Shown here one piece after another: positions 13,972-27,676 of a DNA stretch of 64,000 bases. Source of the DNA: Gordius albopunctatus. Taxonomy: Eukaryota. Within the stretch, counting starts at the first letter, position 1. The number at the start of each line of letters is the position of its first letter. The stretch covers positions 62,001-126,000 of the forward strand of contig OZ193909.1 in NCBI GenBank assembly GCA_964276515.1, given 5' to 3'. The translations under genes were made by a program, and so were the position numbers. The notes beneath the pieces were generated by a model. That model saw only the letters and a list, made by a program, of their open reading frames with translations. It made no database searches and had not been told where the DNA came from.

Positions 13972-14522
13972 GACCGGGGATTGCTTTATTTGTAAGTTTA
14001 TTCACTAAATCTGTTATACTCCAAATACTAGTTTATTGTTTCAACTTTCACTCCAAATAATAATGATAGATATAAATATATATAGCGTAAAGAAGAAACG
14101 AATCAGGGAACAATAATTTCGAGAATTTAAAACGGGGGAAAATTAGGTTTTCACGGGGCAAATTTTGGGTTCTCTGCCGGACAAAGGGAGAAACATTCTG
14201 AAAGCAACGTTCTTGACCTCCTTCTTCGTTCAAATCCTTAATTAATTATCCATCACTTTCAAGGTCTGGCTTCTTTGGCCCCTTTTCGTTCCAAACTATT
14301 TGGGATCCTAATTTATTGCCTTACTGTTCTCAAGGGCAAGTTCCTTTTAAGTATCTGCTCTACTATTCCAATCAAAATTTCCAAGGACACGTTCCTTTTA
14401 TGTCTCGGGCCTTCGGAGTACTCCGCCAGTTTATATTTCGCGTCTTGACGGGTTTTATGTTCTTTCCAAAATTTATTACCTTCCCTCCGTAACCTCGTTT
14501 AATATCTAGGATACGAAATAAT

Positions 14523-15732
14523 TGTTTTATACTGCAACTGCACCATACGCGTCTGTATACTCCACCATGCGCGTTTATTCAAATTATGTTTATTCAAATT
14601 ATATTCATTATCAAGTCACTATCATGCAATCACCCCATCACACGCAATCACCCTACCATCACGCGATCACCCCACCATCACGCGATCTGACCCTATATAT
14701 ACAAAATCTCTATTATTATTTAGACTTTTACGTGTTTGATAGTTAAGATTCCTAAATAAATAGATTAAGTCTCAACAATGGCGCGGTCGACTTCTTCGCT
14801 TACTTTCCACCCATATAGTCCTTCGGATAATATTGACCTGTATATTTCGCAATTTAATCATTACCATCTAGTAGTTGGTGGCGATAAGAAATCCCTTTTC
14901 CTTACGGTATGTGGGTCGGAGAATTACGAATTGCTGATCAATCTTCTTTCCCCATCGGACCCGTTACAAAAAACGTTCGAAGAAATAGTTGCCACCTTGA
15001 AAAGTTTTTTCTCTCCCTCGCTGAGTGCTATTGTCCATCGATATAAATTCCACAAATGCGTACAATTAGAAGGCGAAAATATTGATTCCTTTGCGGCAAA
15101 GCTGAAAGGTATTTCTATCAATTGCAACTTTGGTGCCTCTCTCGAAGAGACCCTAAGGGATCGGTTTGTTGCGGGTTTACTAAATAATAAGATTGTGGAG
15201 CGACTATTGATTATAGATAACCTGACCTGGCAAGGGGCATTAGATATTGCGAGATCAATGGAACAAGCGAGGTTCCAAAGCCATATGTTTACGCAACATT
15301 TGGAACCCATTCATACAGTGACTAACAAAAACCCATTATCAAATATGAAATGTTTCGCATGTGGGGGCAACCACTTTCGATCCAACTGTAAATTTCGTTT
15401 TGCGACGTGTTACAAGTGTCATACCCAAGGCCATATTGGGAAGATATGCCGTGTCAAACAGGTTTCTTTATTAAACTATTTCCATTTAAGAGACTTGTTG
15501 CGGCCATGTTATGCTTTAAAGGTAAATGATCATATCTTAAATTTTGAAATTGACACCGGCTCAGCTGTCACCTTGATTAATTATATCTACGGGGCCCATC
15601 TGACAATTCAACCGTGTTGTACCGTGCTAAATGGTTACGATGGTTCATCTATACCGTTAAAAGGATCGGCAAAAGTCATCGTGCAAGAAGAGGACGCAAC
15701 CCACCAACTCTTGCTTTACATCGTTGATGGGA
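14523..15732 (+). mobile_element. Ty3/Gypsy (Mag-like) element, 5' part: putative LTR 14523-14777, PBS and gag-protease ORF running into the N gap
   Basis: TG...CA segment with AATAAA, then tggcgcggtcga. ORF from 14778 has LRDRFVAGL, two CCHC knuckles and protease EIDTGSAVT. It is homologous to the element at 20926. Confidence 0.85.
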
Positions 15733-15932
15733 NNNNNNNNNNNNNNNNNNNNNNNNNNNNNNNNNNNNNNNNNNNNNNNNNNNNNNNNNNNNNNNNNNNN
15801 NNNNNNNNNNNNNNNNNNNNNNNNNNNNNNNNNNNNNNNNNNNNNNNNNNNNNNNNNNNNNNNNNNNNNNNNNNNNNNNNNNNNNNNNNNNNNNNNNNNN
15901 NNNNNNNNNNNNNNNNNNNNNNNNNNNNNNNN
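15733..15932. other. Assembly gap (200 N)
   Basis: Run of N. Both flanks are cut: Gypsy pol on the left, ABCB6 3' exons on the right. Confidence 1.
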
Positions 15933-16044
15933 TTAATATTATTTTGGCGGCATTAGGCTGATGTTTAGGAAAGTGTTTAAAGCGCTTGTTAAAAGGGGGC
16001 ATGGAAAGATGACAGGACAAATGGAAAAATTAATCGAGTATCAC

Positions 16045-19000
16045 CTAAGGTAAAGGTATTGATGGTATCGTGAATTTCGGCGGCTGAAGCAGCCTTTTCC
16101 ACGAGGTAGTCAGGGGCCTCGAATGTCCCGTATCGCACGTTGTACCTGATGGATTGATTGAAAAGGACGGTATCTTGCGGTACCAGGCCAATCTGCCTCC
16201 TCAACGAGCGCGCATCAACCTGCCGTAGTATTTATGAAACATGATTGCGTAAATTATTATCATTAACCCCCCCCCCCGATCAGCAGTGTAGTAAGAATAC
16301 ACCTAATCAAATCTATAATAATTTATGATCAAGTCCAATCGCGATAGGCAAGGGTGTGCAATGAGCGCCCATTAATGCCTCACAATTAATGGTTACAAGC
16401 AAGATGGTGAACGTACTTGTCCTACATCCTGCCCATCTATGTATATAGCACCACTCGTCGGTTGGTAGAGTTTGAAAAGTAGTCTCACGATGGTCGTCTT
16501 CCCAGCACCCGAAGGTCCTACGATAGCCAACGTCTTACCCGAATCCACCTCGAATGACAAATGCTTCAAGGTGGGAGTGGGGTAAGTGCCTTCATCGTCG
16601 GTGACGTAGGAAAAAGTGACGTCACGAAATTCCACCGCGCCTCCCGAAACAACTAGAGGCGCCCCCAGGCTCGTGTCGTTTTGATTGATGATGGCTCCTA
16701 TTGCAGAATGTTCGGTGGCGGGAACATGCATGAGATCTATCATATTTTCCAAATCAATGAGGGCCTGTTGTATGCTCCTACACAGAATTATGTAACCTCA
16801 TCATTGATTGCATTGTGGTGAGTGAGGGAGCGCATGTGAAATATAACAAAGATGGAGCCTACCAAGTGAATAGGTGTAAAGTAGGTACAACTAACCTATA
16901 GAATGTGCCGAACCAATTGAGGGGAACGTAGAGTTGTGCTATGTAACTCACGAACAGGACAAAATCCCCCACCGTGAGTTGACTCAGTGAAATTTGATGG
17001 GCGCACAACAAGGCACCCGACATGAGGCCAGCCACAAACACCGCTCCCTGCACGCTATTCAGTAAGTTCAAGGATACGCTCGATACCCATTCCGCTGCCT
17101 AAAGCATCGTTACATTCATTCATTCATAATATCATCATCATTCGTAATTGTGAGTGAGTGAGTGAATGAGTCAGGTGTACCTGATAATTGAGGATAGCTT
17201 TCCGATATTCCCCAACTTCAAAATCTTCTGCCTGGTAACATTTAACGGCCTCAAAATTGAGCAGGGTATCCACACCTCGGCCAGATACCACGTTGTCCAT
17301 CTGGTTCATTTGTCTCCTATACTTAGTTCTCCATTCGGTGATAGCAACCGTCAAACCTGAACATCGTAGCAACAAATAGCGATCACGCACATCACTAACG
17401 CGCCTAAATACTTTAACCTCAAATATTTTGTGTCATCATATGAGTGATATCGGCTAATAAAAGCGTTAAGTGAATTATGATGAAAGATTCATTAAAAATA
17501 AAAATGGAGGCACCAATGTAAGCTAGCATGGTTGTGAAGACGATGAGCCCGTACCAAGGACCGAATACTGCCATCAAGTAAACGATAGCCACTAGGATAT
17601 CCACCAGGGTTGGGGCTATTTGAAAGGTCACATAACTACAAACACAACAACAATGTTGATAGTATATTCGAAATTAATTAATATATTGTGGGTTTGAGAA
17701 TAATTTGAAGGAGATAACGATCAAAAATGGGGTATTTATGATCTCCTTCAAATCAATAATAACAGTATTTAATATCATCAATTTAGAGATTCGGGAATCA
17801 TCTAACCTTAAAATGCTATTGACGCTTTGGGTACCTCGATCTAGAATTCGCAATATTTCTCCCGTTTTCTTTGTTATATGCCATTGCAGAGGTAGCGAAA
17901 GGAGGTGATCAAATATGGTCACCTAAATGTGGTGCAATTTAACAAACCCCATTACATGTCCAAATAAATTTTAGGTATTTCGGGGACAGAATATCAAAAT
18001 TGAGGTAATACTTGCAATTCCCGGGTTGAGTATTGCTGTATTGATATCCAAAGCCAGGATCTAAAATTATTCAAGAGCCCCGTCCCGCCTGCAAAACAAA
18101 AAAATTAAATTTATTATTACAGGATAAAATAGCATTTTACCTACACCAAAACCCTGTAATAGTTGGAGACCAATAAAGACTAGTATAAGCTTCCAGCAAA
18201 ATATGTTGTTGGATAAGGAGTTAACTAATAACATATTTTAGAATCATTTGTAAGTGTAAAGTAAAATATTTACTAATGTGTTTATAGGTTATAGGCAAAA
18301 AAACATTCATGACTCGGCCCCCAATCAATGTGGCTATGCAAAGGAAAGCTTTGAGTTGTAACAGTGGCTGTTTCTTTGGCCAAAGAAAAGGCCAAAATAA
18401 TTTAAATTTAGAAACTAAATTGAGCCAAGGAGATGTTGTTTGTCCAGTTATATTAAAACTCATATTTGGTTCAGGATTATTTCTAAATAGACCCTAAAAT
18501 TTTATTGAATTTTTTAAAATATGCCAATAAATTTTACTTGATTTCCAACAAGGAAATGCCTTGTGCGAGCATTAATACCAGATTGCAAATTTCTTAATTT
18601 TGGTATACTTATAAGTGCAGGGGCTCTAATCCCAATTAAAAACAGGAGGAGAGTGCAAAAATATCTCAAAGCAAAAAGGGACATTTCAGCCTTGTCTAAT
18701 GGACTAAGAAAAGAATAACAAAGTTAGCAAGGATCAATTTACAATAATAGTTATAATCAGTTTATAATTTGTATTTAAAAGTATTCATGCATATAAATAT
18801 ATTAGCATAATACACTCAGCAACTTTACCTTTTAATAATCCACCACCATTTAGCATGCCACCAATTTATAAAGGCCAAATTTTCCCATATAGCAGCAAAT
18901 GCCCAAAAAAATATAAGACATAAACCATGACCCCTTGGGGGAAGACCAGGGAGTATTCTATGCCTTTCTAAGAAAATTAGGTAAATAGAATAAATCCAAG

Positions 19001-19459
19001 CTCCAAAATATAAAAGTCCCACAACTATGGTATAAGCTGAAAAAGCTTCTTTATCCCCAGGTACAATTAGCCATTGTATAGGAATCCTTATAAGCGAAAA
19101 TGATGCCAGTAAACAGGAAAGAAATATCTGAAGTTTGAAGGAAAAAGTGCTAGATCTATATTAAAAAATATGTTTTATATGATAAGAAAAAAATTATTAA
19201 ATTTATCTTTATAACTACATTAATCTATATCGCATTATAATTAATGATAAAAATAATATTTAAAATATGAATGTTAAGTTTACCTTTGCCAATATTCTAT
19301 ATGGCTTGAATATCTTTGATAAAAATATACTTGTATGCTCCCAAAAAATAGAATATATATAAAAAGGAATGAACTAGTAACAGTTTCAATAAAACACCGA
19401 TTAAGGCCATGATCCCATTTATAAAAATTTGTTTCATTTACAGATAGACAAAATTTCAT
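16045..19459 (-). CDS. ABCB6: ABCB6/HMT-1-type half ABC transporter, about 12 visible exons; final exons not in assembled sequence
   Basis: TMD0 (MKFC...GLNRCF; LFLIGIRAPAL), FLWPK, GGTGLLNNFRSWLW, L.LPLQWH..KKTGE.LRILDRGT, LLNFEAVK, QLYVPLNWFGTFYR, DLENM.DL, Walker A GPSGAGKTT and Q-loop VPQDTVLFN. Checked junctions (e.g. 19284/19155, 18829/18703, 18538/18493, 18274/18224) are GT-AG and in phase. Confidence 0.92.
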
Positions 19460-19500
19460 TTTTAAAGCTTGCAAGACAAACAGGTGTGTATTGTTTCTAG

Positions 19501-19671
19501 GTGCCCTGTCAACTCACCGAAAACCATCTCGCCGAATTTAATATCCCCAGGTTAAAAAAGCTCCCCTAATTTAAAATCGTCCCCCATTCAACCAATCACA
19601 AAATGGGAGACCTTTTTTTAACCAGGGGACATTAAATTTGGCGAGATGGTTTTCGGCAAGTTTACGGGCCA
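19501..19671. repeat. ~170-bp hairpin / MITE-like inverted repeat just upstream of the ABCB6 ATG
   Basis: ccgaaaaccatctcgccgaatttaatatcccc pairs with ggggacattaaatttggcgagatggttttcgg; arms are about 65 bp. Confidence 0.75.
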
Positions 19672-19699
19672 CATACAACTCGTCGCGTTGCTCTTTATT

Positions 19700-20480
19700 A
19701 ATATTTTTTTATTAAAATGGTTTTATTAAGTTAAATTTATCTATAAAATACACAATAAATGAGCATATAATAATATAAATAAAAACTATTGATCAGATTC
19801 GTCAAGAGCCAATAAGGGCCATGTGTCAGATAAAGATTTATAATTATATTTCTCTATTAAATTAAAGCTAGGTTAATATTTGACTTTCGGGAATCTCTTT
19901 TCTTACATGGGCAATCTATCGATTTTTAAGTATTTTACCGGCAGATGATAGAGGATTTAAATATCAGAAGGTGTAGAAAATGTTTATCTTTTGATGGTGG
20001 ATAAAGCAATATTTGTTGAACTTACAATGGAGCGGGCGATGAATGTATTTCTTAGTTTCAATTTTTGTAGGGATATTCTTTGGTAACTTTAATACCTAGT
20101 CGGAGAGCCACTGCGTACGAAACTTCAGGATAAAGTAGAAACCTTGAGTATTTATTTGGGACACATTTAAGCCATTAGTGACCAGAGTTGGTCGTAAGTG
20201 ACCTGAGATTGAAATGCTGCTTATTGTCCCAACTCGAATGTAAATAAAGACGGAGCGTGGCGCTATACTGGCATCCAATTTCGTTTTTTTGGCCGACATA
20301 AGTATGCTAGTTTTTGGTATGGCTTTATCATGCCAAGATGATAGGCATTTCCTTTATAAGTTGAGTTAATCTACAAAATTGATCTTTACACAGGTTGGAA
20401 GGACGAGATAAATGCAACAAGTAAAATCTTTGATGGGGCCTATTCTTAATTTGCCAAATTGGGTTAGAAGGGTTACAAAA
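19700..20480 (-). mobile_element. Heavily decayed CRE-like LINE 3' fragment
   Basis: Minus-strand PEVSYAVALRLGIKVTKEY matches PELAYFIALRLGIPYSREY of the 3123 copy. The 3' tail (~19712-19843) is homologous to 4704-4840 and ends in AATAAA plus an A-run. Confidence 0.65.
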
Positions 20481-22724
20481 TTTTTCTTGGAGATCTTTTA
20501 TTTATATTCATATACTTCTTTTAAAATATCTCTATGTAAAACTGAATTTTAAATTTTTGAAATGTTTTTATAATGAAAAAAGCATGATTTGTAGTAATTT
20601 TAAATGCTTGTTTAAAAAAACCTTGTAAATAAAGGAATCCGCGTATAGGCGAGCCTAGCATTAAAAGATTTTTCTCATTCACAATAAAATATGTTTAAAA
20701 ATAGTATATCGATCAAAACTATGGGGCTGTAAAATTTCGCATTAGGCATAGTTAAATGTAAGATTTAAGGATGTGCAATAGTTTTAATCATGCTAATGGC
20801 TTTAGCTACTTCTGCATGGCAGCCTGCCGAAGTTGTATCATCTAGATACCATATATGTAGAGAAAGATCGTACTAGTCATTAATTTGGCTTATATGTTTT
20901 TTACGCAGTTTAGTAATAAAGTTTTTGCTATAGCTCGCATTTTCCCACGCTCGCTATCTCCTTGATTTCACACACTCTCACCATTAATTATCTCATTAGT
21001 TCCTTTTTCCCTCTTAGTTTTTTGACGTTAGGATTACATCATACATTATTTGAGTTTTGTACTTGTAAACAAGTTCACCTTCGTTATTTTTAAGAGAATT
21101 TATGATTCCCACGCTATTCCCTATATATTGACAATTTATCGCATCTATTGCATTCTTGCTTTTTCGCATTTATACTGATTCCTGCTATTTTCCGTTCTAT
21201 AAAATATGGCACGGTCGAATTCCAATATACAATTCCATCAATATAATCCTGCTGAAACTTTTGATCTATATTTATCCCAATTTAATCATTAACAATGTTA
21301 TCGGTTCCGATAAAAAATCCTTATTTCTTACCGTGATAGTAGCCCAAAATTACGAATTACTTACAAATCTTATTGCCCCCCAGGACACAGCGAACCTTCC
21401 TTTCGAAGGATTATGTTTAGCCCTAAAAAATTCTTTTCGCCTAAATTAAACCCAATCGTGCAGCGCTACAAATTCAATAAGCTGTCCTAAATGGAAGATG
21501 AAACAATCTATGCATTTTCGGCAAGGTTAAAGGGTGCGGCAATCCATTGCGATTTTGGATCCAACCTTGAAAGCAGCCTCCGTGATAGGTTTGTAGCTGG
21601 GTTACAGAAAACAAAGATTGTTGAACGCCTTTTAGGCATTGAAAGTTTAACATGGCAAGTTGCGTTGGACAATTCTCGGGCTATGGAAAGGACAGAAATG
21701 CAATCACAAATATTGACCCATTCTGAAACAATTCATTTGGTGAAACCCAGGACTTTAAATTATTGTTATTCATGCGGGGGGAACCATAATCGGGCCACGT
21801 GTAAATTCCGCACGCCAGTTTGTTTTAAATGTCAAAAAAGGGCACATTGGTAACATATGCAAGAGCGAATGTAGTGGTACGCTTCATCCGGTTAATTATT
21901 CCGAGGGATATTCGTCATTCCCCACATACACGTTAAAGGTAAATGACCGGGATGTTATTTTTGAAATCGATACAGGGTCGTCGGTGACAATGGTGAATGG
22001 AGGAAATATTGTTGTACGGAACGTCTCGCCACTTAAAACAATTTTAAAGGGTTATAATGGTACAACCATACCGACAAGGGGGGAAACCGAGCTGACCGTA
22101 TATGAAAATGGCAAAAAAATTCAATTACCCCTAATCGTATCAGAAGGAGGAGGCCACAACATTTTAGGACGCGATTGGCTGCGCCATTTTCCCCATATCC
22201 TAATCCAACTGGCAAATAAATGGATTAAGGATGATACAACTTCCTTTGCAATTAAAGTGATTAATTGTTCCAATAATTTGAATGATATTACTAAAAATTA
22301 TTCTTCTTTATTTGATAATAAATCCACCGGAGTTATTGATTTTTATACAACACTTAAACTTAAACCCGGATCCTCTCCTAAATTTTTTCGACCCAGACCA
22401 ATCCCTGATTTTATTAAAGAAAAAGTGGACAAGGAGTTAGACCGACTAGTTAATGAAGGGGTTTTGAAATCTGTAAAATATGCCGATTATGCAGCACCTA
22501 TTGTTACTGTTCTTAAAAAAGATGAGGGCTTAAGAATTTGTGGTGATTTCCGAAATTTTAATAATAATCTAGTTGTTGAAAAATACCCACTTCCCCGGAT
22601 CCTAGACTTGTTTTCTAAATTAGCAGGTTTTAGATATTTTTCCATATTAGACCTTAAGGAAGCCTATTATCAAATTAAAATTACTGAAAAATCACAAAAT
22701 ATTTTAACAATTAATACCCACCGT

Positions 22725-24328
22725 TAGTGATGGTGATTTGCTCCAATGAGCATTGCTCACTGTGAGCTGTGTATCCTACTCTACTCATGAGGCTGTTGAT
22801 GTACTCGATTACAATGCTCGAGAGGCGAAGGGGTAGTAGCAAAAAGTAACTCATGTATAGAGCTGTGTGCCTGAGCAGCAGTAAATGTTTACTAACCGAT
22901 TTCATATGGCAAATGCTATGAGCAAGCAGTTTATCTAAACTGCTCATAACATAATGTTCTCATTAAAGCGTCCTTAGTTTTAACACAGTACATTCTGTTG
23001 TTCAACAACTATTGTGGCTATTTGAATAGGCGTAAGTCGGATTTCCTGAAGGGGGGGGGGGTAAAAATTTTTTAAGATCGAATTTTTTTGTTAATAATCT
23101 TATAATTTATTTTTTATACATGCCAAAAATTTAAAGAAATTATTTCATTATAAATTTTTTAATTTTATGTCTCACCCAGGTGGTAATAATCTGTTTGACA
23201 ATTTTAATATGGTTTAACTTTATATTTTATCGTTTTTAAGAACAGGGTGTCAATGTTAAAATTTTATTAAAGGTACGAACTAATATTTTTTCGAATATAA
23301 TTATATATATCTAAAATGATTTTTAAAAATTTATTTTTTATAAATGGCGAAATTATATTTTATTGTATAAATATTTTTTTGACATTCTAAATATGACTTA
23401 ATTTTTCTAAATTTATATTTAATAATATTTTTAGTCCAGGTCACAATGCAAAGTTTTATAAAAAGTGGGAAATTTCGCTTTATAGAATATTCTTTATATA
23501 TGGCTAAAATAGCTTAATGGTATTAAAATTTATTTTTTATACATGAAAATTTTTGGCATTATAAATTTTTTAATTTTCTTTCTCACCCAAATGCTAATAA
23601 ATTTTTTGACATTTTAATATGGTCTTTTAAGCCAGGTTAGAATTTAATATTTTTTGGCAAAAGAATTTGAAATTTATTGTTTAAAACATGGCAAAAATAT
23701 TTTTATTTTATTTACATATATTTGATTTAGATGTCTTATATCTGTCTCTAGTTCAAATTAAAGTATTGACACAAAATCAGCATTATTATTTTATTAAATT
23801 TCACCAAAAATACACATAAATTACAACTAATATTATTTTAAATTAAGATTTCCCCAAGACTTTACACACATAATTTGGGTAATCGTATTTGAGGACAAAC
23901 GATTTCTTCTAGCTGTAACAATATTTCCTGCAAAGAAAAACATTCGTTCACCCGGAACTGAAGTGTTGGACTGCCCTAAATAGTCTCTAGCCATTTTGCT
24001 GAGTGCCGGAAAGCGTGTCTCATTCATTTTCCACCATTCCAACACGTTTGCTGAGCAGATTAATTGCGATATGTCACATAATTAATTAACACATTCGTTG
24101 AGCAAAATGGATGAGCAGCTTGCTAATCCGCAATTGCTCGCACAAAACTACTTTTATTTAAAGTTGTTCATCCCGCCTCATTCCTTCTGCTTGAGTTTGT
24201 ATTTGATGTTACAACTTAACCTCTTAAACATTTTACCCCTCTTGATGACAGAGCTTATGCGTCCAAGCACATATTGTAGCTATTATGCTCCGTCCAAGTT
24301 GGAGCATAATAGCAACTTTACATCTCTA
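22725..24328 (-). mobile_element. hAT deletion derivative inserted in the Gypsy RT
   Basis: TIR tagtgatg/catctcta and perfect 8-bp TSD cccaccgt. hAT dimerisation domain at 23833-24045 (LEWWK...FPALSKMARDYL..SVPGERMF). Removing it restores RT TINTHR-GLFKYTRLPFG. Confidence 0.92.
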
Positions 24329-26542
24329 CCCACCGTGGCCTTTTTAAATATACTCGACTTCCATTCGGAATTGCTTCTGCCCCAGCCATTTTCCAGTGCT
24401 TTATAGACTCATTATTTAGGAAGATAAATGGTGTCGTATGTTATCCAGACGACATTATCGTAGCTGGGAAAACTCTTGAGGATCACAATAAAAACCTTGA
24501 AACATTGTTCAAAATATTGGATGAAGTTAATATAAAGTTAAGACGAGAAAAATGTAATTTTTTACAAAAATCAATGGAATATCTTGGACATATTATAAAC
24601 AAGGAAGGAATTCACACAACTGACAAAAACACTAAGGCAATTATAAATGATCCTGATACTACATCAATTAAAGAATTACAATCTTTTTTTGGCATGGCTA
24701 CCTATTATGCTAAGTTTATACAAAATGTTTCGACTCTAGCCTAACCCTTATATAAATTATTAAGAAAATCTGTGAAATGGAATTGGACACAGGATTGTAT
24801 TGATGCCGTTAATAAAATAAAGAAAAAAATAATTAATGCTCCTGTTTTAGTTCATTTTAATCCTCAGTTACCATTGCTACTCTCCACCGATGCTTCAGCG
24901 GAAGGTATCGGCGCCGTTTTATCACATGAAATTAAGGGGTACGAGCATCCCATTTATTTTGCCTCGCGCACATTCAACGCAGCGGAGAGAAATTACAGCC
25001 AAATTGAAAAAGAAGCGTTAGCCATTATATTTGCATTTCAAAAATTTAGAGAATTTATTTATGGTCAAACCTTCAATCTAATAACAGACCACAAACCATT
25101 ATTATCAATATTTAATCAAACCAAAAACGGACCACAAGCCGTGTCGGTGCGACTTCAAAAATGGACTTTATTTACAACACCCTACCAATTTAATATTAAA
25201 TATAAGAATACCAAAGAAAACGCTCGCGCAGATATGCTCTCAAGGTTAGCTGTTCCGGACGAAACAATATATCAAGAGGGAGATATTTGTGTTATTTACT
25301 TACAATTACATCGGCAGATGTGGCCAAACATACCCGTCAAGATCCTGTTCTAGGACAAGTCTATAATTACGTACTTCATGGTTGGCCTAAAAAGTGGAAT
25401 CATCGGAACTAGTCGTATACCATCAACGCCAAAAAAGAGTTAACGACGCTAAAAGGATGCCTGTTCTGGGGATATAGAGTGGTGATTCCACACAATTAAG
25501 AAAAGACATTTTTTATATACTCCATTTAGGCCGTAAAAATTGCCAAGAGAGGTTTTCTGGAACACCAGAATTAGCTCCCCAAAAATGGACAAACCCTGGT
25601 AAACCTTGGTCTAGGTTACATTTAGATTTCTGTGGTCCCATTCACGGTTATTATTATTTAATTTTGGTCGATGCATATACCAAATCGCCAGAGATATTTC
25701 CTATGACCAGCATTAGTGCATCGTGCACTATCAATGCCCTCGAATCGATATTTGCTCGTTTCGGACTACCAAATTCCATTGTTTCAGATAATGGTCCACA
25801 ATTTACAAGTGCCGAATTTAAGGAATATTGCAGGAAAAATAATATTCGAAACATATATACCAGTCCCTACCACCCTCGTTCTAATGAGAAAGCCGAACGC
25901 TTTATTCGAACCTTCAAAAATTACTTATATAAGTCGAAAAATTTTAAAAATGATAAATTATTTAATTTCTTGTTTTCTTACAGGAATACTATCCATCCTA
26001 CAACTGGTTTTACATCAGCAGATTTGTTAATCAAAATTCACCCTTTAAGTTTGTTTAGCTTTATAAAACCACACATGACGGAAGGGGAACTTAAAGAGGA
26101 TAATTTTATTAGAAGAAAGTTTTTAATCGGTGACAAGGTCTGGGTGAGAAATTTTACAAGTAGTGACAAATTGTGGTGCAAAGGAGTCGTTCGTAAAATA
26201 CTTGGTCCCGTTTCTTACGTAATCGAAACAGAAGAAGGCATGATGTGCAAAAGACACGGCGACCACATAAGGCAACGATCGGGTACAATCATGGAAGAAG
26301 AATTGCCTACACAGGTGACAACGACCTGCCCCTCTCCTTCTACAGACTTGGCAAGTGTTTCACCATTTGACGACTGCAGCACGGAGCAAACTAGTCTTCC
26401 ACGTACACCACCTATGACGCCCTCCATTAATACTCATCCTTCCATCTACGACTTTTCCTATTGACTCGCTACCATCCACATCTTCGACGATACCACTTAC
26501 GTCCCCGCCCCTTTTGCCGATAGAACCTGACGTAGTTAGACT

Positions 26543-27676
26543 TAGAGGTCTGCATGGGCCAAAATTTCAGGGTCAGGCCCGGCCCATACCCGCACAAATA
26601 TATATTTTTTTACCCATACCCGCCCCGCACAAAAAATGCGCCGCATCAGGCCCGCACGAGAAAAAAGCTTCAATGTTTTCAAAAAAATTTATTTATATAG
26701 AAACAATTTTGCATGTATGAAAAAATTGTTATAGCATATAAAAACGATATTAATAAAAAAAAATTATAATTCAATATTGTCATTTAGAAATAATAAACTG
26801 TCTATTCTATCAGGTAGTAGTCTTATTCTTCTTTGTTCTATTAGGCGACTTGCCTTACTAAACGTGCGTTCACTTGTGGCGCTTGTGGCTGGAATTGCGA
26901 AAAACTGTACAGCTAACTTTGTCAAATTAGGTAGGATAAGGTCGTGTTCTTTCCACCATGAAATAATATCAAGCTCATCATCTATCGGTTTAAGATTTAA
27001 TTTAAAATAAGTATCAAATTCATTGCTCTCCTCAATCTGCTCTCTTTCATCGTCCTCCTAAACGGAGATATCCATATCGACTTCACCAATAGCTAATTGC
27101 CTACATACCTGAGCTGAATTGCTCATAGATGGACATTTGATGCATGATTAATTTATTTAAAGTTTGTGTTACCATGGTTTTAACAAGAATAGCAATGTTG
27201 ATATTATAAGTTTGTAATAAGAAGGAGAAGTGTAGCTAAAACTAATTAATTATAAAATACAATTTTTAATGAATTACCTTAAAGCTTAAAACAACGTCAA
27301 TGAGATCTTGGAACAAATATTAAGCAATCTAAGAATTTGAAAAGCGAGGGAAAAATAAACAATGAAGTTAAAAACAAACACTACCTTCTATCCATTCAAT
27401 TAATTTACTTAATTAACGAAAAATATAATATTAAATTTTCCCTCAAAATAATACTGTTTAAATAGCAAATTTTTGTTAGAAAAAATAAATTTTTTATCAT
27501 CAAGATAATAAATGCATTTTTTTGTGTCAATACTATAATGATAGTATAGAGTTTAATATATTTAAATTTTTTCACTTATCAAAGCCCAAGCCCGGCCCGC
27601 ACTTTTTTTTAGTGCTCATTTTCAGGTCCGGCCCAGCCCGTGGGCCGGGCTTGGGCCTGCGGGCTGCAGATCTCTA
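26543..27676 (-). mobile_element. Second hAT deletion derivative, in the Gypsy 3' region
   Basis: TIR tagaggtctgca/tgcagatctcta and degenerate TSD (gttagact / gcttggact). Minus-strand dimerisation domain ~26766-27057: DIISWWKEH..ILPNLTKLAVQFFAIPATSATSERTFSKA. Confidence 0.88.
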
